Shown: positions 40,664 through 51,192, counted from the stretch's first letter. The stretch: 64,000 nucleotides of DNA from a virus (IMGVR_UViG_2636415425_000001:1-64000), one strand, 5' to 3'. Made by a program: numbers and translations. The notes: generated from the letters alone by a model not told the origin.

Positions 40664-41313
40664 TCGACCTTCATCGTCATGACCAGCGCCGGGTATGTCA
40701 TCTGCGCACCGGCCGCGGTGTCAGCCCTGAGCCTCGTTCTGGCGAACGGGCGATAGCCGCGCCGGAACTTCCCCTTCAGGATGTAGCCGCCAGGCAGCGT
40801 AATCATCGTCCGCTTGGCCGTGACGAAGTTGCCGAACCGCGCCATGACCATCTTCCGAACGTCTTCGATAATGCCCGGCGGCACCGACATCCGCATGTGA
40901 CCGACGTCGATCTTGCGGCTGTAAGGCCGATTGTTCGTCAATATGACGGTCGAGTTGATCGAGATGGTGTCGAAGTTCGCTACCACGCCGCCAGGCGTCA
41001 TGATGAACCACGACTTCTTGTAGTCGCCGGACTTCTCCGGTGATCTATCGACCGCGGCTTGCAGCGCGAGCTCGATAATTTCCTGCCACCACCTGAAGAC
41101 GTAGAGAATCGGCCCCGGCGGCTCGACCGTGTCTTCGTCGGCTTCGGGACGACCGTTGACGTACTTGTCGTAGCGCTCGGACCCGACGCCTTCCTGGATG
41201 GCCTTCGACAGTTCGGAGCGAGCGAAGGCCGCCAGTTCCCTTGCGATGTTCTCCGGCGCGATCCCGGCGGTTGCCAACTGGAGATCGCGCGCGAACGTCG
41301 AGATCCTGGCCAT
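40660..41313 (-). CDS. Neck/tail completion protein (HK97 gp10-like)
   Basis: SP..SG.Y..SW...NN.PY..KI..G. Confidence 0.75.
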   Translation of the reverse strand: MARISTFARDLQLATAGIAPENIARELAAFARSELSKAIQEGVGSERYDKYVNGRPEADEDTVEPPGPILYVFRWWQEIIELALQAAVDRSPEKSGDYKKSWFIMTPGGVVANFDTISINSTVILTNNRPYSRKIDVGHMRMSVPPGIIEDVRKMVMARFGNFVTAKRTMITLPGGYILKGKFRRGYRPFARTRLRADTAAGAQMTYPALVMTMKVE

Positions 41314-41315
41314 CG

Positions 41316-41696
41316 CTAACCGTCTACCATCATCTTGACGCGGACAATCTCGCCATTTACGGCGATAGCGTCGCTCGCCTTCACCGTCTTCGGCTTGCCT
41401 TTGATGACTACGACATCGCCGATCACCGGAATGCCGGGGTCAACATCGAACGGCGGGGCCGGCCGTGGTGGCGCATGCTGCGGCCAGCCCGCAGCCCTGA
41501 TTTGCGTCATCGAGATGATGACGACCGACGGCTCTTTATAGATACCCTTTGTGAGTTCCTCAGCGTTGAGGCGATAGCTTCGGACGTGCGCACGGACTGG
41601 GACCTCGTCCTTGTTCGCGCCGATATTGCGGCGAAGGACGATGTCCTCGCCCTCGGCCTGCAACGATGCATCGAGGTCGTCGATGTGGTCGCTCAT
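41316..41696 (-). CDS. Head-closure protein
   Basis: Position and size. Confidence 0.65.
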   Translation of the reverse strand: MSDHIDDLDASLQAEGEDIVLRRNIGANKDEVPVRAHVRSYRLNAEELTKGIYKEPSVVIISMTQIRAAGWPQHAPPRPAPPFDVDPGIPVIGDVVVIKGKPKTVKASDAIAVNGEIVRVKMMVDG

Positions 41697-41699
41697 GGC

Positions 41700-42371
41700 C
41701 TACACCGACCGGGAGCGGTAAGGAGCCAGCTTGGCCTGGATGTCCGGCGGCAGGCCACCGCCCTGCGCGAGACCGCCTACCCAATATTCCCTGGCGTCGA
41801 TGTCCTGGACATCCAGCGATTTTAGCAGCGGATCGCGAGTCCGTGCGGCCCGCATGCCCTTGACGATGTCGACGACGGCGGACTCGATGTCGTATGGCAA
41901 CGTTCGGGCAGCGCCCTGGTCTGGCAGCAGCCATCCTGCGGTAAACCTGACCTCGATCTTGACCCGACAGCGCCAGAAGCACTCCTGATAGAAACCGAGG
42001 CCCCGCAATCTGGTCAGGACGCCGTTCCGCCCCTCGAGCTCATACTGCTCGGCGGTGAGATCGACATCATTCTCTTTGATGTAGGCGATCGCGGTCACCG
42101 GCCTGCGAGCCAGGACCAGCTTGGTCAGACCGCGATGCTGGTCCCGGAGTAGGAAGGTCTGGATCAGTTCCTCCGACGCCAGCGTGCGCGTGCCGTCATC
42201 GGCCATTGTCACCCTAAGATGGGAGCACACCATCGCGCTGGCGCGCGCGATGGCTTCGTCGATATAGGCATCTTCGGCCGTGCCGCTGATTTTCAGGTCG
42301 GATTTGATCGTATCCCGGAGGGTCAGCGCAGTCAGCGCTGCCGGGACCGCCCGAACGATGGTGCTCAGCAT
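41700..42371 (-). CDS. Head-tail connector (adaptor)
   Basis: IK.DL.I...ED..I...I; FTAG; LP.DI..A. Confidence 0.8.
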   Translation of the reverse strand: MLSTIVRAVPAALTALTLRDTIKSDLKISGTAEDAYIDEAIARASAMVCSHLRVTMADDGTRTLASEELIQTFLLRDQHRGLTKLVLARRPVTAIAYIKENDVDLTAEQYELEGRNGVLTRLRGLGFYQECFWRCRVKIEVRFTAGWLLPDQGAARTLPYDIESAVVDIVKGMRAARTRDPLLKSLDVQDIDAREYWVGGLAQGGGLPPDIQAKLAPYRSRSV

Positions 42372-42402
42372 CTACGCCTCACCAGCACAGCCGATCCAGA
42401 TA

Positions 42403-42909
42403 TCAGCCGGCCTTGGAAGCGCCGGCGCCAGCGTCCGTGCCGGCAGCACTGCCACCGGCGCCGTCCTGCGCGCCGCCGGCGGCCGCCTGACCTCCGGTGC
42501 CCTCCGACTGCCCCTCCGAATGACCATCGGTGGTATCGCCGGTCTGACCAGCAGCCGAAGTCTCGGGGTTCGCGCGGCGATCGACTTCCGCCTGGACGAT
42601 CGTGCGAGCCTCATCGGTGCCTGCCACTGGTTTGCCGAAGATCTTCTCGGCCAGCGCCTTCAGCGCGAACCATTTCAGCTTCGACCAGTTCTCCGGGATC
42701 TCGACCTGGCCATCGACCACGATGACTTTCCCCCCACCATCACCAGCGCCGGCGGCGTCAGCCCCTTCGCTGCCCTCCGGGACTGCCAGCCCATATTTCA
42801 GCGCGGTCTCGGCGAGATCACCATCGATCACATCGCCTTCGACGAAATTGGTTGGATCGGTCTCGCCGTCCCTGACACCCGGAAAGGGCGTAATGACTAC
42901 TGCGCTCAT
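42403..42909 (-). CDS. Hypothetical virion-module protein
   Basis: F.G..DG......F..GD; IPENW..L.W motif. Confidence 0.7.
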   Translation of the reverse strand: MSAVVITPFPGVRDGETDPTNFVEGDVIDGDLAETALKYGLAVPEGSEGADAAGAGDGGGKVIVVDGQVEIPENWSKLKWFALKALAEKIFGKPVAGTDEARTIVQAEVDRRANPETSAAGQTGDTTDGHSEGQSEGTGGQAAAGGAQDGAGGSAAGTDAGAGASKAG

Positions 42910-42999
42910 GGCAGATCTCCCTTAGTTTGGAACACACGACCCCAGGTCGCGGCGCCGTTTGGACGACGGCGCCGCACCGGATCGCGAGAGCCTCTCAGG

Positions 43000-43395
43000 T
43001 TACGCAAGTGGCGAGACGCGGGCCCGCGAGCGGATGACTGCCATCGACTGCAGCATGCCCGTGGTCGCGCCAGCCGTGACGATCGAGCCACGGACATAGC
43101 GCTTGCTGCCGACATAACCGACGCGCTGAACAGCGTTCTGGCCGGCAGCGCTCGTAACCGGGGCGAAACCGCCCTGGATGTCGGAGGCAGCAGCGGCGAC
43201 GTAGTTTGTGCCATCGTCGCTGTGCTGGATCGACGGGGTATGCGAGCCATCGGTCCAGGCGCCGGCTTCGAATGCGAACATCACGCTCTCGTAGCCCTGG
43301 AGGTCGACGGTTGCGCCGTTCGCGGTGCCGTTCACACGGGCCGCCGGCGCAAGGGTCTGAGCAACGTCAACGTTGCTCCGGAGATCACGCTTCAT
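43000..43395 (-). CDS. Capsid-associated/decoration protein
   Basis: VDLQGYES...QHSDDG...VGY.GSKRYVR; directly after the capsid gene. Confidence 0.75.
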   Translation of the reverse strand: MKRDLRSNVDVAQTLAPAARVNGTANGATVDLQGYESVMFAFEAGAWTDGSHTPSIQHSDDGTNYVAAAASDIQGGFAPVTSAAGQNAVQRVGYVGSKRYVRGSIVTAGATTGMLQSMAVIRSRARVSPLA

Positions 43396-43490
43396 AGCGC
43401 TGGTCCCTTCTGAAGGTTGAGGAAATGGTGGAGCAGTGCCGCGGCCCGGCGAGCGCCGAGCCGCGCTAATGAACGATGCTCGAAGCGCGC

Positions 43491-44903
43491 TTACGCGAAC
43501 TTCAGGAGCTTGATCGCCTCGAAGTTCTGGACACCACCGCCGACGCGCTTAGTCGTGTAGAACAGCACGTAGGGCTTGGCGGTGTACGGGTCGCGCAGGA
43601 CGCGGATGCCGATCCGATCGATGATCAGATAGCCGCGCTTGAAGTCGCCATAGGCGACCGAGAGCGAGTTGGCACCCATGTCCGGCATGTCCGGCATCTC
43701 GACCGCCGGCCGTCCGAGAATCTCCTCAATGAAGCCCTCCTGGCGGAGGACCATGTTGAGAAGATAGTTGCCCTGGCCATCCTTCAGCTTCCGGATCGCA
43801 CCGAGCGTGCCGCGGTTCGCGATGAACGTCGAATTGATGCGGTACGGGCTCTTCACCGAATGCAGGAGGTCGACCAGGCAGTCCGCCGGGTTGGTGGCCG
43901 CGAAGGCGCCGGCTGCACCGGTGGTCACAAAGCCGATCTTGCCCCAGGCATAGGCGGCATTCGCAACAGTCTGATAACCGCCAATGATACCGTTCGGCTT
44001 GTTCTGGCCGTCGCCGACCACGAAGGCGTTGCCCTCCTGACGAGCGAACTCCAGTTGCACCTCGCCGGCGATCCAGGCGCCGATGTCGACGAAGGCATCG
44101 TCGAGAAGGCTCTGGGAAGCTGCCGGCATGGCGTACATTTCCATGACCGGGAACTTCAGTTCGCTCAAATTCGAGCCCGCGGTCTGCGGACGGGAATCGA
44201 CTTCGCCGACCCAGCCCGACGCCGTACCGTGCTGGTTGACCAGCTTGCGGTACTCCGAGGTGCCAATCGTGCGGACCGTGGCAAGATCGCGCATCGGCGA
44301 GATCTGCTGCACAACCTCGTCGATCGTCTGCTCGATCTCCGGCAGAACGGTGTAGCCACCATCCGGATCGGAGCCGATCGACATCGCGGCCTTGACCTCG
44401 AGGTCGCGAAGCGCCGAAGCGCCACCCTGGAGGGCGTTCTCACCACGGCGGAAGTACGTGGCGAACGCCTTAGCGTACTCCGGCAGGTTCGGGTTCGAGA
44501 CGCGCGGATCCTTGGAGGCCTTGGCGCCACCACCGCCGAGAGCGGTCAGGGAAGCCTGCTTCTCGTTGAGCTTCTCGATGTCCGCCAGCACCTTCTTGAT
44601 GAGGGCGTCGGCATCCTTGTTCGCCTGGACAAGCTCATCGACCGAGGCGTTGATCTTGTTGACCTTCTCGTCGGTTACGGCGTCCGCCTTGTTCTTCAGG
44701 GCGGCATCGTTCTCCGTCTTGAAGGTGGCGAAGGTCGCCTGGAGCTGTTCGTAGCTGGTCTTCTGGGCAGCCTTGAACTGGTCCAGATTGGTGGTGAGCT
44801 GCTGCACGAGCTCAGCAACGTTCGCACCGTCAGCACGGATACCGCCGAGCATGAGGGCACGAGGCGCAGCCGACTGCAGCGCGCGCGGATTAACGTGGCG
44901 CAT
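43491..44903 (-). CDS. Major capsid protein, HK97 family
   Basis: DGGYTV.PE, GWVGE, GDG.NKP.G, GDFKRGY, RVGG motifs. Confidence 0.96.
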   Translation of the reverse strand: MRHVNPRALQSAAPRALMLGGIRADGANVAELVQQLTTNLDQFKAAQKTSYEQLQATFATFKTENDAALKNKADAVTDEKVNKINASVDELVQANKDADALIKKVLADIEKLNEKQASLTALGGGGAKASKDPRVSNPNLPEYAKAFATYFRRGENALQGGASALRDLEVKAAMSIGSDPDGGYTVLPEIEQTIDEVVQQISPMRDLATVRTIGTSEYRKLVNQHGTASGWVGEVDSRPQTAGSNLSELKFPVMEMYAMPAASQSLLDDAFVDIGAWIAGEVQLEFARQEGNAFVVGDGQNKPNGIIGGYQTVANAAYAWGKIGFVTTGAAGAFAATNPADCLVDLLHSVKSPYRINSTFIANRGTLGAIRKLKDGQGNYLLNMVLRQEGFIEEILGRPAVEMPDMPDMGANSLSVAYGDFKRGYLIIDRIGIRVLRDPYTAKPYVLFYTTKRVGGGVQNFEAIKLLKFA

Positions 44904-44931
44904 AGCCAATTCCTTCAGATTTTGAGGGGTT

Positions 44932-46326
44932 TCAGGACTTCAGGGACTGATTCAGGCCAGCGAGGGCCGCGATCAGGTCAGCGTCACCAGCGCCAGGCGT
45001 GGTGGTGGTGACGTCAGCGCCAGGCTTGACGTCGGTTTGACCAGCGGTCGCCGCAGGCGAGCCGCTCTTCAAATCTCGGATGAGCGAACGGAACGTGCCG
45101 CGGGACATGCCTTCATGTCCGGCATCGTTCTTCGTCAGGATCTTCTCGATTTCGCGCACCGCCGGCGTGCCTTCCTGGCTCGCCGCGCTCACGATCATGT
45201 TGCGGGCCTGCGCCGCCGGGACATGGCCACGGCGGACCAACGCAGCCTCGATGTGGAGAGCCGCAATCTTCGACTTCGAGCTCGCCGCCGCGGCCTTGTC
45301 TTCCTTGATCTTGTCCTGCGACAGGATCGTATCGGCGAACCCCTCGTCGATCGCCTGCTTCGCGCCGATGAACGTCTCGTCGTCCATGTAGTTCTGGACG
45401 TGGGCGGTCTTCATGTCGGTGCGGGCGACGTAGATGTCGCACAGCGCCTGATCGAAAGGCTCGAGATAGTCAGCGACGTCGCGCATGTCGTTGCGGTTGC
45501 CGATCGCCATGACCCAGCAGTTGTGGATCATGATGAAGGCGCCCTGCCCGATCTGGATCTCGTCGCCGGCCATGGCGATCACCGATGCGGCGCTCGCGGC
45601 CAGCGCCATGACCTTCACGGTCACTTTGCCCGGATACTGGTTGAACAGATTGTAGATCGAGATGCCTTCGAACATATCGCCGCCGGGCGAATTGATCTGC
45701 ACCTCGACCGGTTGGCCGCCGAAGCTTTTCAGCTGGTCCGAGATCCACTTATCGGTGATGCCGCCACCGGTCCAAAAGTCGTAACCGATGACGTCGAAGA
45801 TCTCGATGACGTTCTTCTCGTCAGCGGCCGCGGCGCGAATGCCGGGATTCCAGCGCGAGAAGCAGTCCGGGCTCGCCGGCGCCGAACTCGCGAGATCGGA
45901 CCGCGGCTGCACCTCAATCCGAGGCGGGCGGTTCGCGACCGTGATCGCGCCGGCGCTCGGGCCCTTTCCGGCGTCGGCCTGGCTCGAGTCGCTGTCGCCG
46001 TTGATCTCATCGAGCAGCGCGCCGGCAGCGTCATAGATGGCCTTGTCCTTCTGCGCGCTCGAACGTGACCGGATCGACACCAGCGCGCTTTTGTAGATCT
46101 TGCCACCCTTCGCGAAGGGATACTTCCAGTGGTCCTTGGTGTCGAAGCTCTCGGTCGTGTCGACGCCGAGATGGTTCTTGCCATAGGTCGCCCAATCCGT
46201 GCCGGCATCACCGAGCAACGCATTGCCGTCGTCGGCAGTGAATGACCACGCCGAGTCCCGATCGATGTTGTCGCCGGCGATGAGTTCGCGCGCGTAGGCG
46301 CGGCCGGCGCGATTGAGATCAGCCAT
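44932..46326 (-). CDS. ClpP-type prohead protease with N-terminal extra domain
   Basis: INSPGGD.FEG, AASAASVIAMAG, IMIHN. Confidence 0.92.
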   Translation of the reverse strand: MADLNRAGRAYARELIAGDNIDRDSAWSFTADDGNALLGDAGTDWATYGKNHLGVDTTESFDTKDHWKYPFAKGGKIYKSALVSIRSRSSAQKDKAIYDAAGALLDEINGDSDSSQADAGKGPSAGAITVANRPPRIEVQPRSDLASSAPASPDCFSRWNPGIRAAAADEKNVIEIFDVIGYDFWTGGGITDKWISDQLKSFGGQPVEVQINSPGGDMFEGISIYNLFNQYPGKVTVKVMALAASAASVIAMAGDEIQIGQGAFIMIHNCWVMAIGNRNDMRDVADYLEPFDQALCDIYVARTDMKTAHVQNYMDDETFIGAKQAIDEGFADTILSQDKIKEDKAAAASSKSKIAALHIEAALVRRGHVPAAQARNMIVSAASQEGTPAVREIEKILTKNDAGHEGMSRGTFRSLIRDLKSGSPAATAGQTDVKPGADVTTTTPGAGDADLIAALAGLNQSLKS

Positions 46327-46338
46327 GTGCCCTCTCGA

Positions 46339-47631
46339 TTACTTTGATGTCGGAGCGTTCGGATCGTGCGCGGCCAAGTCGTTGGTCGCTTTGTTCGCAT
46401 CCTGCATGTTCACGGCCTGCAGGTAGGTATCGCCGCCTTCGATCGGATTCTCGTCTTCCATCTCGCGGACGTCGTTCGCCGACCACCAGCCCCATTGACG
46501 GCCGACGGCGTACGACAGCATCCGCGTCTTGATGTCAGCCCGCATCAGGCCCGCTGGATTGATCCGGACGTAGAGATTCGGATCGTCGGCCGGCTGCAGG
46601 TCGCGCTTGATCGCGTCTTGCCACATCGTGAACCAGTCCTGGAGCGTGTAGGCGACGAACCCGATGCCCATCGACTCGATGCCGGAGCCCCACGACGTTT
46701 GCTTTGTCGTCAGACCGACCATGAACGGCGGCACGCCGAAGAACATGCAGATCTCAGTCGCCGTGATCTCCCGGTTCTCGATGAACTGCATATCCTCGTT
46801 GCTGAGGTCGACCTTCTCCCATTTCAACCCGCCCTCGAGGATGAGGGTTTTGTGCGCGTTCTCTGCTCCGCGGTACTCGTCGAGGTTGGCCTTCAGGCGA
46901 TCCTTTTCCGGATCGTCCATCTCACCCTCGGTTGACAGCACCGTCCCAACCGAGGTGCCGTTCTTGTACATCTTAGCCAAGCGTTTCTCGGACTGGATCG
47001 AGATGCCGAGCGTCTCACGGGCGAAACCGAGTACCGACAAGCCGTTGATGCCGTCGAGCGACATGCCACGGAGATGCAGCATGTCTTCCTGGGCGATGGT
47101 GACCTGACCACCGTCGGGGCGCGTATAGGTGTATGTCAGCGTGAAGTCGGAATTCTGCCTCACTTGCATGGCGCCGGTCAGCGGGATCAGCCACTTGATC
47201 TTGCCGATGGCACCACGAACGATCAGCGCGTAGCCGTTACCGCGCATCAACACCATCATCTGCATGAGGCGCTTGAACTCGCTCGGCGTCTGCCAAGGGT
47301 TCGGCTTCGTCTTCAGGACGTTCCAAATCACGGCGTCCTCGGCGTCGACCCGGTTCTTCCCGACACGCCGCTTGATGTCCATTGGCAGCGTCGCCATAGC
47401 GCCGCAGATGATGGCCGAACACCGATATGCGGTGGCAACCTTCAGCGCGCTATGCGGCGTGACCGGCGCGCCGGCCTCGCTTTCATAGCCGCGGCCGCGC
47501 AGCCATTCCGACACCCGAGGGTCGTCGAGGTCGAGCATCTCCGACACCTCGACGGATGCATTGATCCGCGGCTCGCGCCGCTGCTCGACTGGAACGCCGC
47601 CGCCAGATCTGAAGAAATCGAGAAATCCCAT
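46339..47631 (-). CDS. Portal protein, HK97 family
   Basis: KPNPWQT, GNGYA, LHLRG.SLDG..GLS, FFGVPP. Confidence 0.96.
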   Translation of the reverse strand: MGFLDFFRSGGGVPVEQRREPRINASVEVSEMLDLDDPRVSEWLRGRGYESEAGAPVTPHSALKVATAYRCSAIICGAMATLPMDIKRRVGKNRVDAEDAVIWNVLKTKPNPWQTPSEFKRLMQMMVLMRGNGYALIVRGAIGKIKWLIPLTGAMQVRQNSDFTLTYTYTRPDGGQVTIAQEDMLHLRGMSLDGINGLSVLGFARETLGISIQSEKRLAKMYKNGTSVGTVLSTEGEMDDPEKDRLKANLDEYRGAENAHKTLILEGGLKWEKVDLSNEDMQFIENREITATEICMFFGVPPFMVGLTTKQTSWGSGIESMGIGFVAYTLQDWFTMWQDAIKRDLQPADDPNLYVRINPAGLMRADIKTRMLSYAVGRQWGWWSANDVREMEDENPIEGGDTYLQAVNMQDANKATNDLAAHDPNAPTSK

Positions 47632-47640
47632 TCAGACCCC

Positions 47641-49323
47641 TCAAAGGACCGTTGCCCTCGGCTTTGCGCGGCCATGAGCCTTCGGGTTGGTCGCCATCAG
47701 ATAGGCGGAGTTGAACATTGCGATCGCGGGATCGATCTTGGAGTCGCCGGCGGTCTGCTTCGTCGCGCGGATCGCCGTTGCCGTCGGCTCGATCTTCAGG
47801 TTGCTGACGCACCAATCCATCATCGGGCTCGGAGCGTGCCGAAGCTTCCCGGAAACCAGCATGCGTTCGCAGGTCTTGATGCTGTTCATCATGCCGAAGC
47901 CCTGGGGGGCGCCGATGAGCAGCTTGTTGTCGACCGTGATATCGACGTCCTTGTCCGCCAAGGCATCGACGAATTCGCCGAGACCAGCCGGGTCGACCGC
48001 GACACCGCCGAGAAGGCGCCGGTCCTTCACCAACTTGATGATGCGGACGATCTTCGAGATGTCCTGCAACGAGTCATCGACGATGGTGAGATCGCCCTCC
48101 TTCTCAAACTGAAGCAGGCGCGGTGCGATCGACTGCCTGAGTTCGAGCACGCCGCGGTGGCACCAGGCATGAACCCAGAGCAACCAGTCGCGGGTTTCGC
48201 GGTGCCGCCCCAGGAGGCTGAGGCCGAACAAGTCGTCGAGACCGCCGCCATCGATACCAGGGACGATGACGTCGCAAACCTTGAACAGGTACCGCAGAGT
48301 GATCCGGTCGTCGTCACGCTTCTGCCAGTGCGCGGCACCTGCCCAGCGGTTCGCCCGGAGGTTCATGCCGATCTCGACGTTGAGATGCTTGGCCAGGAAG
48401 GTCCGGAGCGCGTCCTCGCTGCCGCGCTGGGCCTTGATTAGTTCGCCGAGCAGCCATTCCGTGCTGACTGACTTGTCGAGGTTCGGGTTGGTGATCCGCC
48501 AGTTCTTCGGATCGAGATAGCCTTTCGCGGCGAGGATGGCAGCCGGGAATTCGTACAGCACGCCGAGGCTGGTCGGATCCACGATCTTTCCGTCGCGGAC
48601 GTCGCGGAAGTAATCCAGCTTCTCCTTGAACACGCCGGTCGGCGGAGCATCCGACTGGGTCGTCAGGAAGATGACGAACCCCTCGGGCCTCGAGACCAGG
48701 CCGCCGAGCGCTTCCTGGAACATCGAAGCGGCGTGAGCGCGCTTGCCGAAGATCCAGAGCTCGTCGACGAGCACGAAGGCCGCCTTCTTGCCGCCGACAA
48801 CGTCGGTGTCGGCGGCGACGACCTTCAGGACCGCGTCTGTCGTCAGATGTGTGATCTGCCGATAGTTGTCCTGGACGTGCAGCAGATCCTTCAGCTTGGG
48901 GTGCAGCCTGACCATGGCCGCCGCCGGCACAAACGAGTTGTTGGCGATCTCGATCGTCGGCGCCAGGATGAGCAGTTCGGCGCCGTGCCGCCAGTTCCGC
49001 ACCAGCGCGGTAACCATGATGCCGGCTGCGATCGTCGACTTGGTGTTCTTCTTGCTGATCAGCAGCAAGAACTCGCGGATCAACCGCTTCGCCTGCCCGT
49101 GATCATAGGCGCCGAAGATCGCCCGGACGAAATCGAACACCCATGGCTCGCAGGCCTCGCCGAAGGTCGGCTGCCGCGGCAGATCGTAGATCCGGAGCGA
49201 CTTGAACACCTCGAGCGCGGCGTCCGCTTCGTCCGGGAACAGCGGCTCGAACGGCACCAGGCTCTCGCCTGCGACAATCCTCCGTTCCCAATCGATGCAC
49301 GCTGTGGACCAAGCCAGCGTCAT
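47641..49323 (-). CDS. terL: Terminase large subunit
   Basis: ISKKNTKST Walker A, LVDELW Walker B, GIDGGGLDDL nuclease motif, KIDP. Confidence 0.96.
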   Translation of the reverse strand: MTLAWSTACIDWERRIVAGESLVPFEPLFPDEADAALEVFKSLRIYDLPRQPTFGEACEPWVFDFVRAIFGAYDHGQAKRLIREFLLLISKKNTKSTIAAGIMVTALVRNWRHGAELLILAPTIEIANNSFVPAAAMVRLHPKLKDLLHVQDNYRQITHLTTDAVLKVVAADTDVVGGKKAAFVLVDELWIFGKRAHAASMFQEALGGLVSRPEGFVIFLTTQSDAPPTGVFKEKLDYFRDVRDGKIVDPTSLGVLYEFPAAILAAKGYLDPKNWRITNPNLDKSVSTEWLLGELIKAQRGSEDALRTFLAKHLNVEIGMNLRANRWAGAAHWQKRDDDRITLRYLFKVCDVIVPGIDGGGLDDLFGLSLLGRHRETRDWLLWVHAWCHRGVLELRQSIAPRLLQFEKEGDLTIVDDSLQDISKIVRIIKLVKDRRLLGGVAVDPAGLGEFVDALADKDVDITVDNKLLIGAPQGFGMMNSIKTCERMLVSGKLRHAPSPMMDWCVSNLKIEPTATAIRATKQTAGDSKIDPAIAMFNSAYLMATNPKAHGRAKPRATVL

Positions 49324-49517
49324 TGCGATCGCGACGACCTGTGGCGCCGCCGAAGCTCTTTGTGCAGGCCGGTGACGAGAGGCTCAGCGCGCCGCTGGCC
49401 GCACCGGGACAGGATGGCGACCGCTCTATCGAGCGTGCAGAACGGCAGGCGACGCATGATCCGCATGGCGACGACGCGCCGACCGGGGCGCTCGTGATAC
49501 GACTGCCGCCCGTACAC
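49320..49517 (-). CDS. Small basic ORF between terS and terL
   Basis: ATGA overlap with terL; fills the gap. Confidence 0.4.
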   Translation of the reverse strand: MYGRQSYHERPGRRVVAMRIMRRLPFCTLDRAVAILSRCGQRRAEPLVTGLHKELRRRHRSSRSQ

Positions 49518-49522
49518 GCCGG

Positions 49523-49978
49523 CTACTCATTGACCGCGGTGTTGTCGATCACCAGGCCGATCTTTGGCGGCTCAGGCGGCTGAAACGCTCCCGACGCCGC
49601 AACTCGTTCTGCCGCGGCCTTGCGCTCGGCCTTCTTGCCGACCTTCTCCGGCGCAGGTGGTGCAGCCGGCACTTCGCCGCCCGCCCTGCCCAGATCCGCG
49701 ATCGCCTGCGCGGCCGCCGACACCCGAGTCATCTCCTCGAGCTTCTTGATGCAGGTGGCGTTGCCCTTCTTCGCCTGCTTGAACAGGAGCCCGACCACCT
49801 CGGCCCGCTTCTTGGCCACGCCGGTCGCGATCTCGTCAGGGAAGGACTTTGCCAACGTCGGCGTCGAGATCCCGAGCACCCGAGCGCATTCGTCCTGGGA
49901 CATTCCGCACGCGATCCACTCTTCGACCTTCGTGCGCTGCGCTTTCGTCGGTTTGAACGCCGGCCGACCTCGGGCCAT
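49523..49978 (-). CDS. terS: Terminase small subunit
   Basis: GRP.FKPT..QR N-terminus, HTH, GKK...PP C-terminus. Confidence 0.85.
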   Translation of the reverse strand: MARGRPAFKPTKAQRTKVEEWIACGMSQDECARVLGISTPTLAKSFPDEIATGVAKKRAEVVGLLFKQAKKGNATCIKKLEEMTRVSAAAQAIADLGRAGGEVPAAPPAPEKVGKKAERKAAAERVAASGAFQPPEPPKIGLVIDNTAVNE

Positions 49979-50036
49979 GCCGAAACTCCAATTTCTTTGC
50001 CGTTCTTGGCGTTCCGGACAAATTTTCCGGCCAGCC

Positions 50037-50111
50037 AAAAAAAATTGCGCGAATGAGCCCCCGTGCGGTCCGTGCCCCCGCCGGTTCCCAGACTTTCCGA
50101 CCCCATACCCC
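50037..50111 (-). other. Candidate cos/packaging site
   Basis: G-rich GGGGTATGGGGTCGGAAAGT...ACCG...CATTCGCGCAATTTTTTTT immediately upstream of terS, resembling HK97-like cos regions. Confidence 0.5.
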
Positions 50112-50356
50112 TTGGCCGAGCATGGCCGGCCGGCTTGCGGCGGGTTGGCGTGTCGTTAGCGCTGGCGTGCGATAGGCCGAGGCGCGTAGCCTGGCCGATT
50201 AGTGTCAACCCTGCAGGCTACATGCTGGCGCCGCTGGCGCCGCGCCGCGCGCGCGGTAGCCTTCCGCGCTTCTGTCTCGAATAGCTGGCGCTAGTGGCGT
50301 TGCGCGGTTGACGTCGCGGCCTTGCATCGATCCGCCGAGGCCGAGGCCAGAAATGC

Positions 50357-50386
50357 AAAACCCGCCGAGGCTTCCCGCGGCGGGTT
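50357..50386 (-). terminator. Terminator-like hairpin downstream of a TTGACA (50441-50446)
   Basis: AACCCGCCG...CGGCGGGTTTT. Confidence 0.5.
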
Positions 50387-50559
50387 GGCTGCAGTGACAC
50401 TGCGCCGAATGCCTGTTCTGAATCATAACTGGAGTCGGACTGTCAAACCCGGTTCCGCTACTCGGCGGTGCATGACGGCGCCGCGCGGCCTCGGCCTCTC
50501 CCTCTTCTGTGATAGCTATTGCTTACGGACTGTTGAAACTCACGGAATAGGGAAACCCA

Positions 50560-50871
50560 ATGACTGCAGCAAAGGCGGATAAGACGGCGCCGAGGCAAGC
50601 CGGCAAAGGCCGCGCCTATGCCTCGGCCGGCGCCGCAATGCGAATCAGCGCGGCCGAATTCATGGCTTGGCAGGAAGAGCTACGCCTATCCAATGGCGCC
50701 GCAGCTGCAGCGCTATTCATCTCGCCCAATACCGTTACAGCGGTGCGCGCGGAAGGCGGTAGCGCTGAACTGGCGCTGAAGTGTCGCGCCATCGCCGCCG
50801 GCCTTTCGCCAGCGCTACCCATGCAAGAGGCCTTTCGCCTCGGCCGAATTGCCGCGATCCTGCAGGAATAG
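50560..50871 (+). CDS. HTH (XRE-like) protein
   Basis: EF.AWQEEL.LS...AAAAL.IS.NTV. Confidence 0.7.
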   Translation: MTAAKADKTAPRQAGKGRAYASAGAAMRISAAEFMAWQEELRLSNGAAAAALFISPNTVTAVRAEGGSAELALKCRAIAAGLSPALPMQEAFRLGRIAAILQE

Positions 50872-50945
50872 AGCCGCAATTCCCTCTAGTGTGAGTCCGG
50901 CCGGGCTAAAGGCTATCTTTTTTCACAGAACAGCGAATTAGGGGA

Positions 50946-50975
50946 TTGACACGCGCCGCGCTTTATAGGCATGTG
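50946..50975 (+). promoter_or_regulatory. Candidate sigma70 promoter for the + strand island
   Basis: Perfect TTGACA just upstream of the first repeat; a similar TTGACA at 57880. Confidence 0.5.
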
Positions 50976-51018
50976 CGGTTTGTGAGGCGCGATTGTGCGC
51001 AAATCTAAAGGCCGCGAA

Positions 51019-51192
51019 ATGAACGCTTTCATTTCCTCTTGCATCGCAAATCCGGCTTTGGCCGGTTTCCTCTTTGCTGCGATCTATTCCCTTTGCTGGG
51101 CTGGCCTAGCTCCCTTCCTGTATGCGCCGGCAAAGCCTCGGCGCCTCATGATCCGGCGCCGCGCGCGCCGTTCCAGTTCGCCGCGCCGCTAA
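51019..51192 (+). CDS. Small membrane protein
   Basis: Follows repeat and RBS; TM plus basic tail. Confidence 0.55.
   Translation: MNAFISSCIANPALAGFLFAAIYSLCWAGLAPFLYAPAKPRRLMIRRRARRSSSPRR

Noticed and set aside
19006-49497. Long + strand ORFs opposite structural genes (e.g. 19006-20592, 43476-45011, 47074-48441)
   Set aside because: Antisense shadows of high-GC coding sequence; the minus strand carries the recognisable phage proteins
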